Shown one piece after another: positions 30,430-39,849 of a DNA stretch of 64,000 nucleotides. A program made the position numbers and the translations under genes. Source of the DNA: Alphaproteobacteria bacterium (GTDB taxonomy: Bacteria > Pseudomonadota > Alphaproteobacteria > UBA2966); contig OZ219856.1 of assembly GCA_964291395.2 (NCBI GenBank), positions 1,120,001-1,184,000 on the forward strand, in the 5' to 3' direction. The notes under the pieces were generated by a model. It saw only the letters and a list, made by a program, of their open reading frames with translations. It was not told the DNA's origin and made no database searches. Position 1 is the first letter of the stretch. Each line of letters begins with the position of its first letter.

Positions 30430-33371
30430 TGCAGGACACAAGGCCGGAATACGCATCGATAGCCGAACTCGCCGCTCGCTCCGGTACATCCGTGCCCTGC
30501 GCCGGCAACTTGCCGGTGAAACTCGACGACCCGGATGGTGTCTGGTTCATTGACCGGGGCGCCGTCGATCTGTTCTTGGTCGAATTCAAGGACGGGGTGG
30601 AGCAGGCGCCGCCGCAGCACCTGCTGCGCCGCGAATCAGGCAGGTTGCTGCCGGGTGTCGCACCAGACGAACAGGGCGATGACAAAGACACTACGCTCAG
30701 CCTGATAGCCAAAGGATTGCCGGGTACCCTTCTGAAGCGCCTGCCGGCATCCTTGCTGTCCGAGATCCATCCAACGGAACTGGCGGAACAGACCGATACT
30801 TGGCTGACCGCCATTACCGACACGCTTTCGCGTTTCGTAGGCCGCATTCCGCGTCCGACTGCGCTGGCCGAACCCGGTCTGACCCGGACTCTGGCCCCTT
30901 GTACGCTATCCGTACGGCGCGGCGTGGTGTGGGTATCCGAACCGTCGCGCGGCGCAAGCCTGTTCATGGATATGGTCGATCAGGCGGAACTGGCCGAGGC
31001 GAGCGGTCCGCACGAAGCCGTGATACCGCTGACGCGGACAAGCTGGCTCACCTTGCTCGACGAGGCAACAGTTTCAGGCAAGTCAACCGAAACACTGGCG
31101 GAGCAAGGCATGCTACTGCCGGCGCTTGCTTCCTTTCACGCGGTTGCTTTCGCCTTGGAACGCCTTAACCGTCGACTGGCCGTGGTCGATGATGCGAATC
31201 TCGAACGCGCTCGGATATCCAGCCGCCGCAAGGCCGAAAAAGCTGCCCGACAGCGGCTTTTCAATATCTATGACCACCCGATTGACCGGGATGCCGACGT
31301 CGAGGACACAGCTCTGGCGGATGCCCTGCACATCATCGGCCGCCATCAAGGAATCGATTTCAGGATTCCAGTACGCTCGGGACCTTCCGATTCTCCGGTC
31401 GGCCTCGTCGACGTTCTTGACGCGTCAGGTGTGCGCGCTCGGCGCGTGCGATTCAAGGCCGAGGGCAACTGGTGGCGCGGCGACAGCAACGCGATGCTGG
31501 CATTCCGCGCCAAGGACGGCCGGCCCGTTGCGCTGCTGCCGGGAATGTTCGGGCGCTACCGGGAAATCGACCCGGTCAGTAGGCGCAGTGTCCGGATTAC
31601 GGCGGATCGCGCCGACGCGCTGGAGGAAGAAGCTTGGATGTTCTATCGGCCATTACCGTCGGGGAACGTGAAGCCGTTAGACCTGCTGGGTATCGCCCTG
31701 CATGGATCGGCCCCGGATCTGGCGCGGCTGGTGATTGCCGGGCTTCCGGGCGGCCTGATCAAACTGCTGCCGGCACTCGCGCTTGGATTCGTTGCGAATC
31801 ATATAATGGCGGGCGGAAGCGTCGGAGCGCTCTATGCCGTGGCCGTGACGCTGGCGGGGTTTGGCCTGCTCGGCGCACTGCTTCACCTGCTTCAAAGCAC
31901 GGCGATGATGCGGCTCGAGGGGCGCTCGGCGTCGCGGGTCGAAGCCGCCTTCTGGGACCGCCTCATGCGCCTTCCGCCAAGCATTCTGCACCGTCAACCA
32001 GCCGGCGATCTGGCCATGTCGGGAATGACGTTCCAGAATCTTCGCGATGGCATGCAGGGAGTCGTCGCCGATAGCCTGCTATCAATGGTTTTTCTGCTTC
32101 CGGTTTTTGGTGTCATCTTCTTCTACGATGCAACCCTCGGAGTCATCGCCCTCGTCTTCAGCTTGGCTTCGCTGCTGGTTACCGTAGCCTTGGGGTTGTG
32201 TCAGATTTCACCTTATGGGCGGATGATCGGCGCGGTACGTCGCGTAGCCGGCCGGCTGTTTCAGATCGTGGGCGGTATCGTCAAGCTGCGCGTGGAAAAC
32301 GCGGAAGGGTCGGCTTTCGCTATCTGGGCGCGGGATTATCGCGAGCAGAAACGCGCGGAGCTCGAACTGGGCGCGCTTGAGGGACATTCGCGGGCATTCG
32401 GTGCCGCGCTCCCCTTTCTTGCCGGTGGGGTAATACTGTTCGTGGTGGTAACGGTGGGAGATCGGAACCTCCCGGTCGGCGATTTCCTCGTCGTTTACAC
32501 CGTCTTTATCGTTTTCCAGGCCGCCATCGCCCGGCTCGGCGAGTCCTTCGGCACCATTGCCGCCATGCTGCCGGCGTTCGATCAGATGCGCCCGCTGCTC
32601 GCTGCAGTTCCTGAAACCGAGGTCGAAGGAGAGCCGGTCGAACGTCTGGGCGGCGAAATTCTGTTCGACCACGTTTCCTTTCGGTACGATCCCGACGGGC
32701 CGTTGATCCTCGACGATGTCACGATTCGCGCCGGTCCCGGCGAATTCGTCGCGATTGCCGGCGAGTCCGGTGCCGGCAAGAGCACCCTGTTCCGGCTCGC
32801 GCTTGGAATCGACCGGCCATCCGCTGGCGCGGTGTATTACGACGGACGCGATCTGAGACACCTGAACCTGAAGCAAGTGCGCCGGAAAATCGGCGCGGTT
32901 CCCCAGTCAGTGCGGCTCCATCCCCAGGATCTCTGGGACAATATCGTCGCGCACCACGAGGAAACGACCACCGGGGAAGTATGGCAGGCGGCCCGAGCCG
33001 CTGGGATCGAACGTGAAATCAAGGCCATGCCCATGGGCATGATGACGATGGTCGGGGCGAGCGGGGCTGTCTTGTCAGGCGGCGAGAGTCAGCGCGTCAC
33101 CATCGCCCGCTCGCTGATCGGCAGCCCGCGAATTATGCTGTTTGACGAGGCAACCAACTGGCTCGATAACGAAAGCCAAGCCGAGGTCATGCAGAACCTA
33201 GCCCTCCTGACCTCCACCCGGATCGTTATTGCACACCGCCTGTCCACGCTGGAACAGGCTGACCGCATCTACGTGATGCAAGCTGGAAAGGTCGTGCAAA
33301 GCGGCTCCTTCAACAAACTCATGGAGGTCGACGGGGTATTCAGAGAACTGGTCAGAAGGCAGGTCGCTTGA
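30429..33371 (+). CDS. NHLM-system ABC transporter permease/ATPase, peptidase-less partner
   Basis: Long N-terminal extension, ASGVRARRV, WWRGD, GESGAGKST, LSGGESQR, FDEATNWLD. Confidence 0.9.
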   Translation: MQDTRPEYASIAELAARSGTSVPCAGNLPVKLDDPDGVWFIDRGAVDLFLVEFKDGVEQAPPQHLLRRESGRLLPGVAPDEQGDDKDTTLSLIAKGLPGTLLKRLPASLLSEIHPTELAEQTDTWLTAITDTLSRFVGRIPRPTALAEPGLTRTLAPCTLSVRRGVVWVSEPSRGASLFMDMVDQAELAEASGPHEAVIPLTRTSWLTLLDEATVSGKSTETLAEQGMLLPALASFHAVAFALERLNRRLAVVDDANLERARISSRRKAEKAARQRLFNIYDHPIDRDADVEDTALADALHIIGRHQGIDFRIPVRSGPSDSPVGLVDVLDASGVRARRVRFKAEGNWWRGDSNAMLAFRAKDGRPVALLPGMFGRYREIDPVSRRSVRITADRADALEEEAWMFYRPLPSGNVKPLDLLGIALHGSAPDLARLVIAGLPGGLIKLLPALALGFVANHIMAGGSVGALYAVAVTLAGFGLLGALLHLLQSTAMMRLEGRSASRVEAAFWDRLMRLPPSILHRQPAGDLAMSGMTFQNLRDGMQGVVADSLLSMVFLLPVFGVIFFYDATLGVIALVFSLASLLVTVALGLCQISPYGRMIGAVRRVAGRLFQIVGGIVKLRVENAEGSAFAIWARDYREQKRAELELGALEGHSRAFGAALPFLAGGVILFVVVTVGDRNLPVGDFLVVYTVFIVFQAAIARLGESFGTIAAMLPAFDQMRPLLAAVPETEVEGEPVERLGGEILFDHVSFRYDPDGPLILDDVTIRAGPGEFVAIAGESGAGKSTLFRLALGIDRPSAGAVYYDGRDLRHLNLKQVRRKIGAVPQSVRLHPQDLWDNIVAHHEETTTGEVWQAARAAGIEREIKAMPMGMMTMVGASGAVLSGGESQRVTIARSLIGSPRIMLFDEATNWLDNESQAEVMQNLALLTSTRIVIAHRLSTLEQADRIYVMQAGKVVQSGSFNKLMEVDGVFRELVRRQVA

Positions 33372-33553
33372 GCCGGATCCGTTAATCACCGAGTGTTACG
33401 GAACACGAGGCTCGTATTGCCGTTCGGAGGTCGTACCTCCAGGGTGCCTTCGCGACCCTCCTTGGACCGTTTGCTTGACTTGGCTTGTGGTTAGGTACTG
33501 TTTGCAGCCCCAATTTTCCGCTCGACCGCTAATCCGCAAGATACAAGACACCG

Positions 33554-34855
33554 ATGAAAGACCCCATCAACGCGACGGAACGCCTCCTCTCGAGAGCCGG
33601 GGAAGACAGCGCGTTTCGCGCGCGACTGCTCGCGAATCCGAAAGATGCAATAGAACGGGAATTCGGCTTGACGCTGGCCGAGGGCCACGAGATTCACGTG
33701 CACGAAGAAACCGATACCGCGACGCATGTCGTGCTTCCGCCGAGGAGTAAGCTCAGCGCGGAAGAACGGAAGGCGGCGATAACCGGCGCAGCCTCACTCG
33801 AGTTTCTCAAGAAGACAATGTACGATCCCGCACCTCCGATTCGCCCCCCCGGCCCGAAACCGATAACTGCCCGGGTGAGCGCCGTTACGCCCGAGACACT
33901 TGCCAAAGCGGGTAGAGAAAGCATCCGCCGCGGTCTCGTTTTCCTGGAATCCACTATCGACGAAAACGGGGCTTGGCACTGCATCCGGTTCAATGTGGCC
34001 GACCCGGACATTCCACGGCATTTCGAAAAACCCCCCTTTGTTTCGGCTCTCTGCGTACTTGCCCTCGAAAGTTGCGATGAAGCACGGGCCAAGGCCATGT
34101 GCGCCCGTACCAAGGCGTATCTTGCCGACACCATCGAATATCCCGGATTGTGGCGCTACTACCGTCATCTGCCCCAGGATCTTGACAGCACCACGCTCTG
34201 TTCACTCGCCATTGGGACTCACCCCTGGATTTTGCTGGAAAGGAACGTTCCGCGAATATTGGCGAATCGCGACGAGGAAGGTCGTTTCACGACCTGGGTG
34301 CTGGAGGAAGACGAACCCAATGTCGTGTCGACCTTTCGTCTCGAAGCGGACCCCATAGTCAATGCGAATGTCATCGCTTACCTTGGCGACCACCCCGAAA
34401 CCAAGGATGCCCAACGATGGTTGGAAACTTTGATTACCGAAGGCAGCCTTGAGGGATCGTCTAAATGGTATCCCGACACGGTTACGATCTACTATGCAAC
34501 TGCCCGTGCCATGATTCGCGCGCAGCCCGCCCTTGATCAACTACGCCCGATACTTGCGGATCGTATCCTGGGCTTGCGCGACGAGAAGGGAGAATTCGGC
34601 AACATCCTTCAGACCGCTCAAGCAGTGTCGGCGCTCTACAATATTGGAAGGCCTGAAAGCATCGACGCGAAATGCCAAGTGGAAAGGTTCATAGGCTCGC
34701 AACGTGAGGACGGTAGCTGGCCGGAGCTTCTCGCGTTTGGCGACCAATCGTTAAAGTGGGGCGCGATAGGGCGGATAGGGCATGGCTCTGAAGCCGTGAC
34801 CTCTGCGTTTTGCATCGAAGCTTTGGAGCGTCTCGTCGAAATCTTGAAGGCCTGA
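33554..34855 (+). CDS. NHLP leader domain fused to a prenyltransferase/squalene-cyclase-type (class II terpene cyclase-like) domain
   Basis: aa 1-79 colinear with the precursor leader; QW-like motifs RRGLVFLESTIDENGAW and FIGSQREDGSW; GLWRYY...PQDLDST. Confidence 0.75.
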   Translation: MKDPINATERLLSRAGEDSAFRARLLANPKDAIEREFGLTLAEGHEIHVHEETDTATHVVLPPRSKLSAEERKAAITGAASLEFLKKTMYDPAPPIRPPGPKPITARVSAVTPETLAKAGRESIRRGLVFLESTIDENGAWHCIRFNVADPDIPRHFEKPPFVSALCVLALESCDEARAKAMCARTKAYLADTIEYPGLWRYYRHLPQDLDSTTLCSLAIGTHPWILLERNVPRILANRDEEGRFTTWVLEEDEPNVVSTFRLEADPIVNANVIAYLGDHPETKDAQRWLETLITEGSLEGSSKWYPDTVTIYYATARAMIRAQPALDQLRPILADRILGLRDEKGEFGNILQTAQAVSALYNIGRPESIDAKCQVERFIGSQREDGSWPELLAFGDQSLKWGAIGRIGHGSEAVTSAFCIEALERLVEILKA

Positions 34856-34919
34856 AGGATAGGCATGTTACCTTTTCCGATGGCACCAAGAATTTCGACA
34901 TAAGCGAGCAGAAGTCCAA

Positions 34920-35096
34920 TGATCCTCCTCCATTGGATCGGTCCACCTTTAGGTCGTGGAACGAGGAGAACCAAGGGTGGCAAGGAAGCGTTACAAGCCG
35001 GGGGAGATCGTCAGCCTGTTGCGGCAGGCTGAGGTTCTGCACGGCCAGGGTTTGTCGACGGCGGCGGGATCACGTACCGGCTTGGCGGCATGGTAG
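34920..35096 (+). mobile_element. IS3-family remnant (left end plus truncated orfA)
   Basis: TGATCCTCCTCC... terminus-like sequence, then GTG at 34977: MARKRYKPGEIVSLLRQAEVLHGQGLS, stop after 39 codons; no orfB. Confidence 0.75.
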
Positions 35097-35205
35097 CTGT
35101 AGGGAGATACGGTAATTTCGTGGGACCGGCAGCGAGGGGCGCTTTGCTCCGCCTGATGACCGTCCATTCTCCAGTCGCCATTGAAACGTTCTGCATGAAG
35201 GTGTC

Positions 35206-35670
35206 ATGACCGTACGCTTCGAACCGCTTCTGACGATCCAGGTCGGCATCGACTACACCGACAAGATCGGAGAGACGCCGTACGGCTGGCGTCGCAACGA
35301 CGCCGTAAATGGCCATTTTGAGGGACCCAAGTTGCGGGGACGCGTCCTGCCGGGCAGTGACGACTGGTTGCTCGTGCGGCGTGACGGGACGTTCAACCCT
35401 CATTGCCGCATGCTGCTGGAAACGGACGATTCCGAACACATCATCATGACATACACCGGTGTCCGGCACGCCACCCAGGATGTGCTGGATCGGCAGGAAC
35501 GTGGCGAACCGGTCGACCCGGGCGAGGTTTATCACCGTATCACGCCTCTGTTCGAAACGGCGTCCGAAAAGTACGACTGGCTCAACAGGATCATCACCGT
35601 GGGCCGGGGTCAGCGTATTTTGAAGGACGGTCACAGCGTTCCCATTTACGATATCTTTCAGGTGCTGTAG
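35206..35670 (+). CDS. DUF3237 (UPF0311) protein
   Basis: GETPYGWRR, GHFEGPKLRGRVLPGSDDW, YHRITPLFET, YDWLN. Confidence 0.85.
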   Translation: MTVRFEPLLTIQVGIDYTDKIGETPYGWRRNDAVNGHFEGPKLRGRVLPGSDDWLLVRRDGTFNPHCRMLLETDDSEHIIMTYTGVRHATQDVLDRQERGEPVDPGEVYHRITPLFETASEKYDWLNRIITVGRGQRILKDGHSVPIYDIFQVL

Positions 35671-35726
35671 CTGGTGCCTTCGTCGCGTAGCGAGAGCATT
35701 TCCGAGAACATTCCCTACAAATCGCC

Positions 35727-36185
35727 ATGTCCGAGATGGAAGCCGAACTGTTGATGAAGTTGACGTTGGAAGGAGTGACGCTTCGGGACGTGGGAGCGAC
35801 ACCGAGAGGTGAGCGGCAGTTCGTCACCATCGGCGGCGGGCGCTTCGAGGGGCCGGACATGCGGGGTACGGTGATGCCGGGCGGCAGCGATTGGATGACC
35901 GGGCGCGGAAGCGGATCCGCGGTGATGAACGGTCGGCTCACGCTCCGGACTGATGACGGCCACACCATCGGTATGCGCTATCGCGGCGCCATGGACGGCC
36001 CGCCGGATGTACTCGCCCGGCACGCGCGGGGCGAACCGGTCGGCGAATCGGAATATTACTTGAGGTTCGCTACCTACTTCGAAGCGACCTTGTACAAATA
36101 CGGTTGGCTCAATCACTTGATCGCCATTGGAGTCGGCTACCGCGAAGTAGCGGGTCCGGTCTACGACGTGTACCGCGTCCTCTAG
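35727..36185 (+). CDS. DUF3237 (UPF0311) protein, tandem paralog
   Basis: GATPRGER, GGRFEG, PGGSDW, LRTDDG, YGWLN. Confidence 0.85.
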   Translation: MSEMEAELLMKLTLEGVTLRDVGATPRGERQFVTIGGGRFEGPDMRGTVMPGGSDWMTGRGSGSAVMNGRLTLRTDDGHTIGMRYRGAMDGPPDVLARHARGEPVGESEYYLRFATYFEATLYKYGWLNHLIAIGVGYREVAGPVYDVYRVL

Positions 36186-36289
36186 CGGAGCGCGGAGAGA
36201 CACATCGAAGAGAATCCCTGCCGCGTAAGGTTAGTGGGCCAGCCGGTTGTCTACTCGAAAAGCGGTCCAGGAATGTTCGAAGGTGCGCC

Positions 36290-37165
36290 ATGAAGGAACA
36301 GGTCACATTCTACAGTGAAGGAACCGAACTCGCCGGGGATATCTATCTGCCCGATACTTCAGCAGAAGCGCCACGGCCCGGGATCGTACTGTTGGGCGGC
36401 TACACCTACGTCAAGGAGGTGCATGGGCCCGATTTCGCCGAGCGTGTCGTCGATGCGGGATATGCCGCTATCGCCTTCGACTACAAAGGTTGGGGCAGCA
36501 GCGACGGTCCCTCGAACCGGTTGGATCCCCACGGCCGCGTCTGGGATGCGCACGCGGCCCTGACCGTTCTGGCGCAGCGCGACGACGTCGACGCGGAACG
36601 CATCGGCGTTCTGGGCTGGAGTTACGGGGGTGCCACCGCCGTGTGGCTTGCCGCAATCGACCCGCGTATCCGCTGCGTCTCCGCCCTGATCACGGTCGGC
36701 AACGGGCGTCGCTGGATGGAAAGTGTTCGTTCGGCGGAAGAAATCGATGTCCTGCACGCCCGCGCCGATGAAGACCGGATCCGCCGGGTTCGAACCGGCG
36801 AATCGGAACGCGCGCCAATACCGACGATCCTCCAAATGAGTGCACACGAGCGCGAGCTGCTGGATAATGCTCGCGCGAGGGAAGGGGTCGAGCCCGGCCT
36901 CATTCCCCTTGAGTTCATCGACGAGACCTTGGCGTTCAATCCCGAGTGGGTCGTCGACAAGATTGCACCGCGGCCCGTGCTGTTAGTCGCCACCGAGAAC
37001 GACGGCGTCACGCCTCCCGAGGACAGCCGAATCCTTTATGAGCGGGCCGGTGAACCGAAAAAGTTCGTGATGATTCCCGATTGCGGGCACTTCGAATTCT
37101 ATTCCGGAGCTCCATTCGATCAGGCGATGAAGGAATGCGTCGACTGGTTTGACGCGCATCTGTGA
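36290..37165 (+). CDS. Alpha/beta hydrolase
   Basis: FDYKGWGSSDG, nucleophile elbow GWSYGG, DGVTP, GHFEFY. Confidence 0.88.
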   Translation: MKEQVTFYSEGTELAGDIYLPDTSAEAPRPGIVLLGGYTYVKEVHGPDFAERVVDAGYAAIAFDYKGWGSSDGPSNRLDPHGRVWDAHAALTVLAQRDDVDAERIGVLGWSYGGATAVWLAAIDPRIRCVSALITVGNGRRWMESVRSAEEIDVLHARADEDRIRRVRTGESERAPIPTILQMSAHERELLDNARAREGVEPGLIPLEFIDETLAFNPEWVVDKIAPRPVLLVATENDGVTPPEDSRILYERAGEPKKFVMIPDCGHFEFYSGAPFDQAMKECVDWFDAHL

Positions 37166-37211
37166 GGAGCCGCGCGGCGGGGTCCGGTGGCGGCGGCCGC
37201 GGGCGGGCATC

Positions 37212-38198
37212 TCAACGGATATCCGAAGTGATCTTGCCGAGCTGGCGGATGGTGTTCAGGACCTTTTCCTGCTCCATGCCCGGCCACTGGACACGGCAGA
37301 TTAGGTGGTTGAATCCGAGCTCCTCCTTGTAGCGCAGTATCTGGTCCTTCACGGATTCCGGATCCCCGATGAAGAAGCTTTCGCGCACGAGCTGGTCGAA
37401 AATCGAACCGGTCCCGGTGTCCTGCAGGCCCCACGCCCCGTAGAATCCGTATTTGTAGCCCAGTGGTCCCGCAGCTTCCTCGAGTGCCTCGGCATTGGTC
37501 GCGCCGATGTGACATTCACGCGTCAGAGGAAGCTCACTCGGAAACGGCTTGCCTGCCGCTGCCAGCTCGGCGCGATACATCGGCATCTGGCGCTCCAGCA
37601 ACTCGAACGAAGCGTTGAAGGGCGGCACCCAGGAATCGCCGATGCGGGCGGCGCGGCGCACTGCCGGGTCTACGTGCGCCGCAACCCAGATCGGTGGATG
37701 CGGCGTCTGCAGCGGCCTGAGGCCGACGCCTAGGCCGTCCACCGTGTAGTGCTTGCCGCGATGCGTGACCAAGTCCTGGGACATCAGTTTCCGGAGGAGT
37801 TCCACCCCTTCACTGAGCCGCGATGCCCGTTCCCCGAGCGGAATACCGAATGCGTTGAACTCCTCTTCCCGATAACCGAGGCTCACGCACAGCACGTACC
37901 GGCCGCCCGTGAGGAGGTCCATTGTCACCGTTTCCTCGGCGACCTCTACCGGGTTTCTGAGTGGAAGCACGACAGTGTTGGGGCCGATGGTCATGTCACC
38001 GGCCTCGGTGATCAAGCGTGGTAGAAGCTGGTGCGGGGAAATGAACTGCATTGGCCCGACGAGCCAGTGCCCGCCGGTCCAGAGCGACGCAAACCCGCTG
38101 TCGCGCGCAACGCGAACCTGCTCGATGAGATTTTCGAGCACGCCCGTCGGAGCGATGTCTTCCTTGAAGTGATTGAGGACGTAAAGGCCAATTTTCAT
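37212..38198 (-). CDS. LLM-class flavin-dependent oxidoreductase
   Basis: MKIGL, GFASLW, LPLRNPVEVAE, LGYREEEF, PHPPIWVAA, RRAARIGD; ATG at 38198 chosen as start. Confidence 0.88.
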   Translation of the reverse strand: MKIGLYVLNHFKEDIAPTGVLENLIEQVRVARDSGFASLWTGGHWLVGPMQFISPHQLLPRLITEAGDMTIGPNTVVLPLRNPVEVAEETVTMDLLTGGRYVLCVSLGYREEEFNAFGIPLGERASRLSEGVELLRKLMSQDLVTHRGKHYTVDGLGVGLRPLQTPHPPIWVAAHVDPAVRRAARIGDSWVPPFNASFELLERQMPMYRAELAAAGKPFPSELPLTRECHIGATNAEALEEAAGPLGYKYGFYGAWGLQDTGTGSIFDQLVRESFFIGDPESVKDQILRYKEELGFNHLICRVQWPGMEQEKVLNTIRQLGKITSDIR

Positions 38199-38368
38199 GC
38201 CTCTTCTGGCTCCCCTTGCGGGTTTTGTCAGGCCGCATCCTATCCCGAGACTATGGTGCGGTCCCATGTCCAGGCAAGCGAAACACATCCATCGACAGTG
38301 GCGGGAATATGTACCAGCGCGGCGGCGTAAAGGTGCGCCGAGAGCGGCTCTGCCTGAGCCGGTAGCTC

Positions 38369-38581
38369 GCGCTTGTCGAAGCCAGGGGGCTGGAGTTCCT
38401 GGTGCTGGACCAGACCCGGACCCGACATCGGCATGCCTGTGGTGCGAGTCATCATACCGGGCATGCATCATTGTTGGGCAGGAGTCGCGGCTGGACACCT
38501 GTACGATCTGCCAGTCAGCATGGCCGCCGCAAGCACCCTCTCGGTGAAGCCGATTTGAATCCCGCACCTGTAGTCGCGTAA
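38369..38581 (+). pseudogene. 3' remnant of a second YcaO cyclodehydratase, two frameshifts
   Basis: ALVEARGLEFLVLDQTR / PDIGMPVVRVIIPGMHHCW...LYDLPV / GEADLNPAPVVA* matches the C-terminus of 18556..20874. Confidence 0.9.
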
Positions 38582-38590
38582 AGAGACGAT

Positions 38591-39709
38591 ATGGATATTG
38601 ACGAGGCAGTCGCACTTACCCAGGACCGTCTCGCCGAAGAAGCCGGCACCATGGGTGAGTTGCTCGGGCACTTTCGAAATGGGATTTCGCCGATTCTCAT
38701 CGGAGACCCGGAATGGGAACGCATACTCGAATGTGCCAGGAAACTTCCAGTTACAATGGGTGCCCTTCCATTCGGCTTTGAACTGCCGCTGCATGAACGC
38801 AGGCCAGAGGCGGATTTCGGCGTCTCCCTGGCGAGCGGAACCAGAACGGCGGCGTTTTTCCGGGAGCGCGCGAGGACCGACAAGACGGATGAGACCGCGA
38901 GGTCGATCGCTCGGCTGTTCAGACAAATGGATGCCGAAAAATCACCTCTGCGTGAAATTGTCGGCCGCAAGGTGATGCTGGAATATGACATCGGCTCGGC
39001 CCGGGACGGTGAATGTTCGCATCCGGGAGTGTTCCTGCGGCCCGGCGAACGCCCGATCATCGGCGCCCGTGGTCAGGTGCATGATGTCGGTATGGCGGTC
39101 GACGCGCTCGTTTCCTGCGTAGGCTGGGAGAGGAATGACGCCGAGCGGGAGAATGTCGAACGAGTCTACCTAGCGCAGCCGGGAGATACGCGCATGGATT
39201 CGTTCGGTGTGTTCCCGTCTCGCTCGCGGGCAATCCGCTTGGCGATCATGGGCTTCAGGGCGCAGCAGGAAATATGTGCCTATCTCGAAAGCACGGGTTG
39301 GCCGGGTCAGATCTCGGCCGTCGACTCTGTGATTTCACGTTTCAAGGAACGCGTGAATATCGTCAGGACTGGAGCGAATATTGATGTGCGGGGAGAGGGT
39401 GTCGGTCCGACGCTCGGCCTTACGCTCATCGTCAAGCAGAGATATACAAAGGATTCACGTTATTGGCTCGACGGCCTGACCGATTGGGATCCGTTTTTGG
39501 AAGCCCTGAGCCATGAGGATTTTGTAGTTCCGGAGAAGCTTGCGGCGCTTGCTGGCTGGGTTTCGAAACCGACAACGCTTTTTGCGAAATCTGGGCGTTA
39601 TGTATTGCTACGTGGCATTCACCACATAAAGCTGGTTATATCTGGAAATCGGCTTCGAAAAGCCAAGGCCTATGTGTTCATGGTGCTTTCCGGAGCAGTT
39701 TCCTTCTGA
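38591..39709 (+). CDS. RiPP-associated protein, candidate ABBA-fold prenyltransferase
   Basis: FGFELPL, ADFGVS, MLEYD, IRLAI, YLESTGWPG, HHIKLV, terminal KAKAY; between ycaO remnant and precursor. ORF is solid, function is inferred. Confidence 0.55.
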   Translation: MDIDEAVALTQDRLAEEAGTMGELLGHFRNGISPILIGDPEWERILECARKLPVTMGALPFGFELPLHERRPEADFGVSLASGTRTAAFFRERARTDKTDETARSIARLFRQMDAEKSPLREIVGRKVMLEYDIGSARDGECSHPGVFLRPGERPIIGARGQVHDVGMAVDALVSCVGWERNDAERENVERVYLAQPGDTRMDSFGVFPSRSRAIRLAIMGFRAQQEICAYLESTGWPGQISAVDSVISRFKERVNIVRTGANIDVRGEGVGPTLGLTLIVKQRYTKDSRYWLDGLTDWDPFLEALSHEDFVVPEKLAALAGWVSKPTTLFAKSGRYVLLRGIHHIKLVISGNRLRKAKAYVFMVLSGAVSF

Positions 39710-39774
39710 CATCGCCCCGCCCGCGTCTTCGGGCTCATCGCGCCTTCGTCGTCGCTCAACAGGGGAACAAGGCA

Positions 39775-39803
39775 TTGCGTTTTGCGGCATGGTCGCGTAT
39801 CGT
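39775..39803 (+). promoter_or_regulatory. Candidate dedicated promoter for the precursor gene
   Basis: TTGCGT-N17-TATCGT; AAGGAGA ribosome-binding site before ATG 39850. Confidence 0.45.
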
Positions 39804-39849
39804 CCCCCGTTAGAGAGGTGTCCATCGCGTTGGAACGAAGGAGATCGTT

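Noticed and set aside
38199-38615. 139-aa N-terminal extension of the LLM ORF
   Set aside because: It is the antisense of the ycaO remnant and spacer; LLM homology begins at MKIGL (38198)
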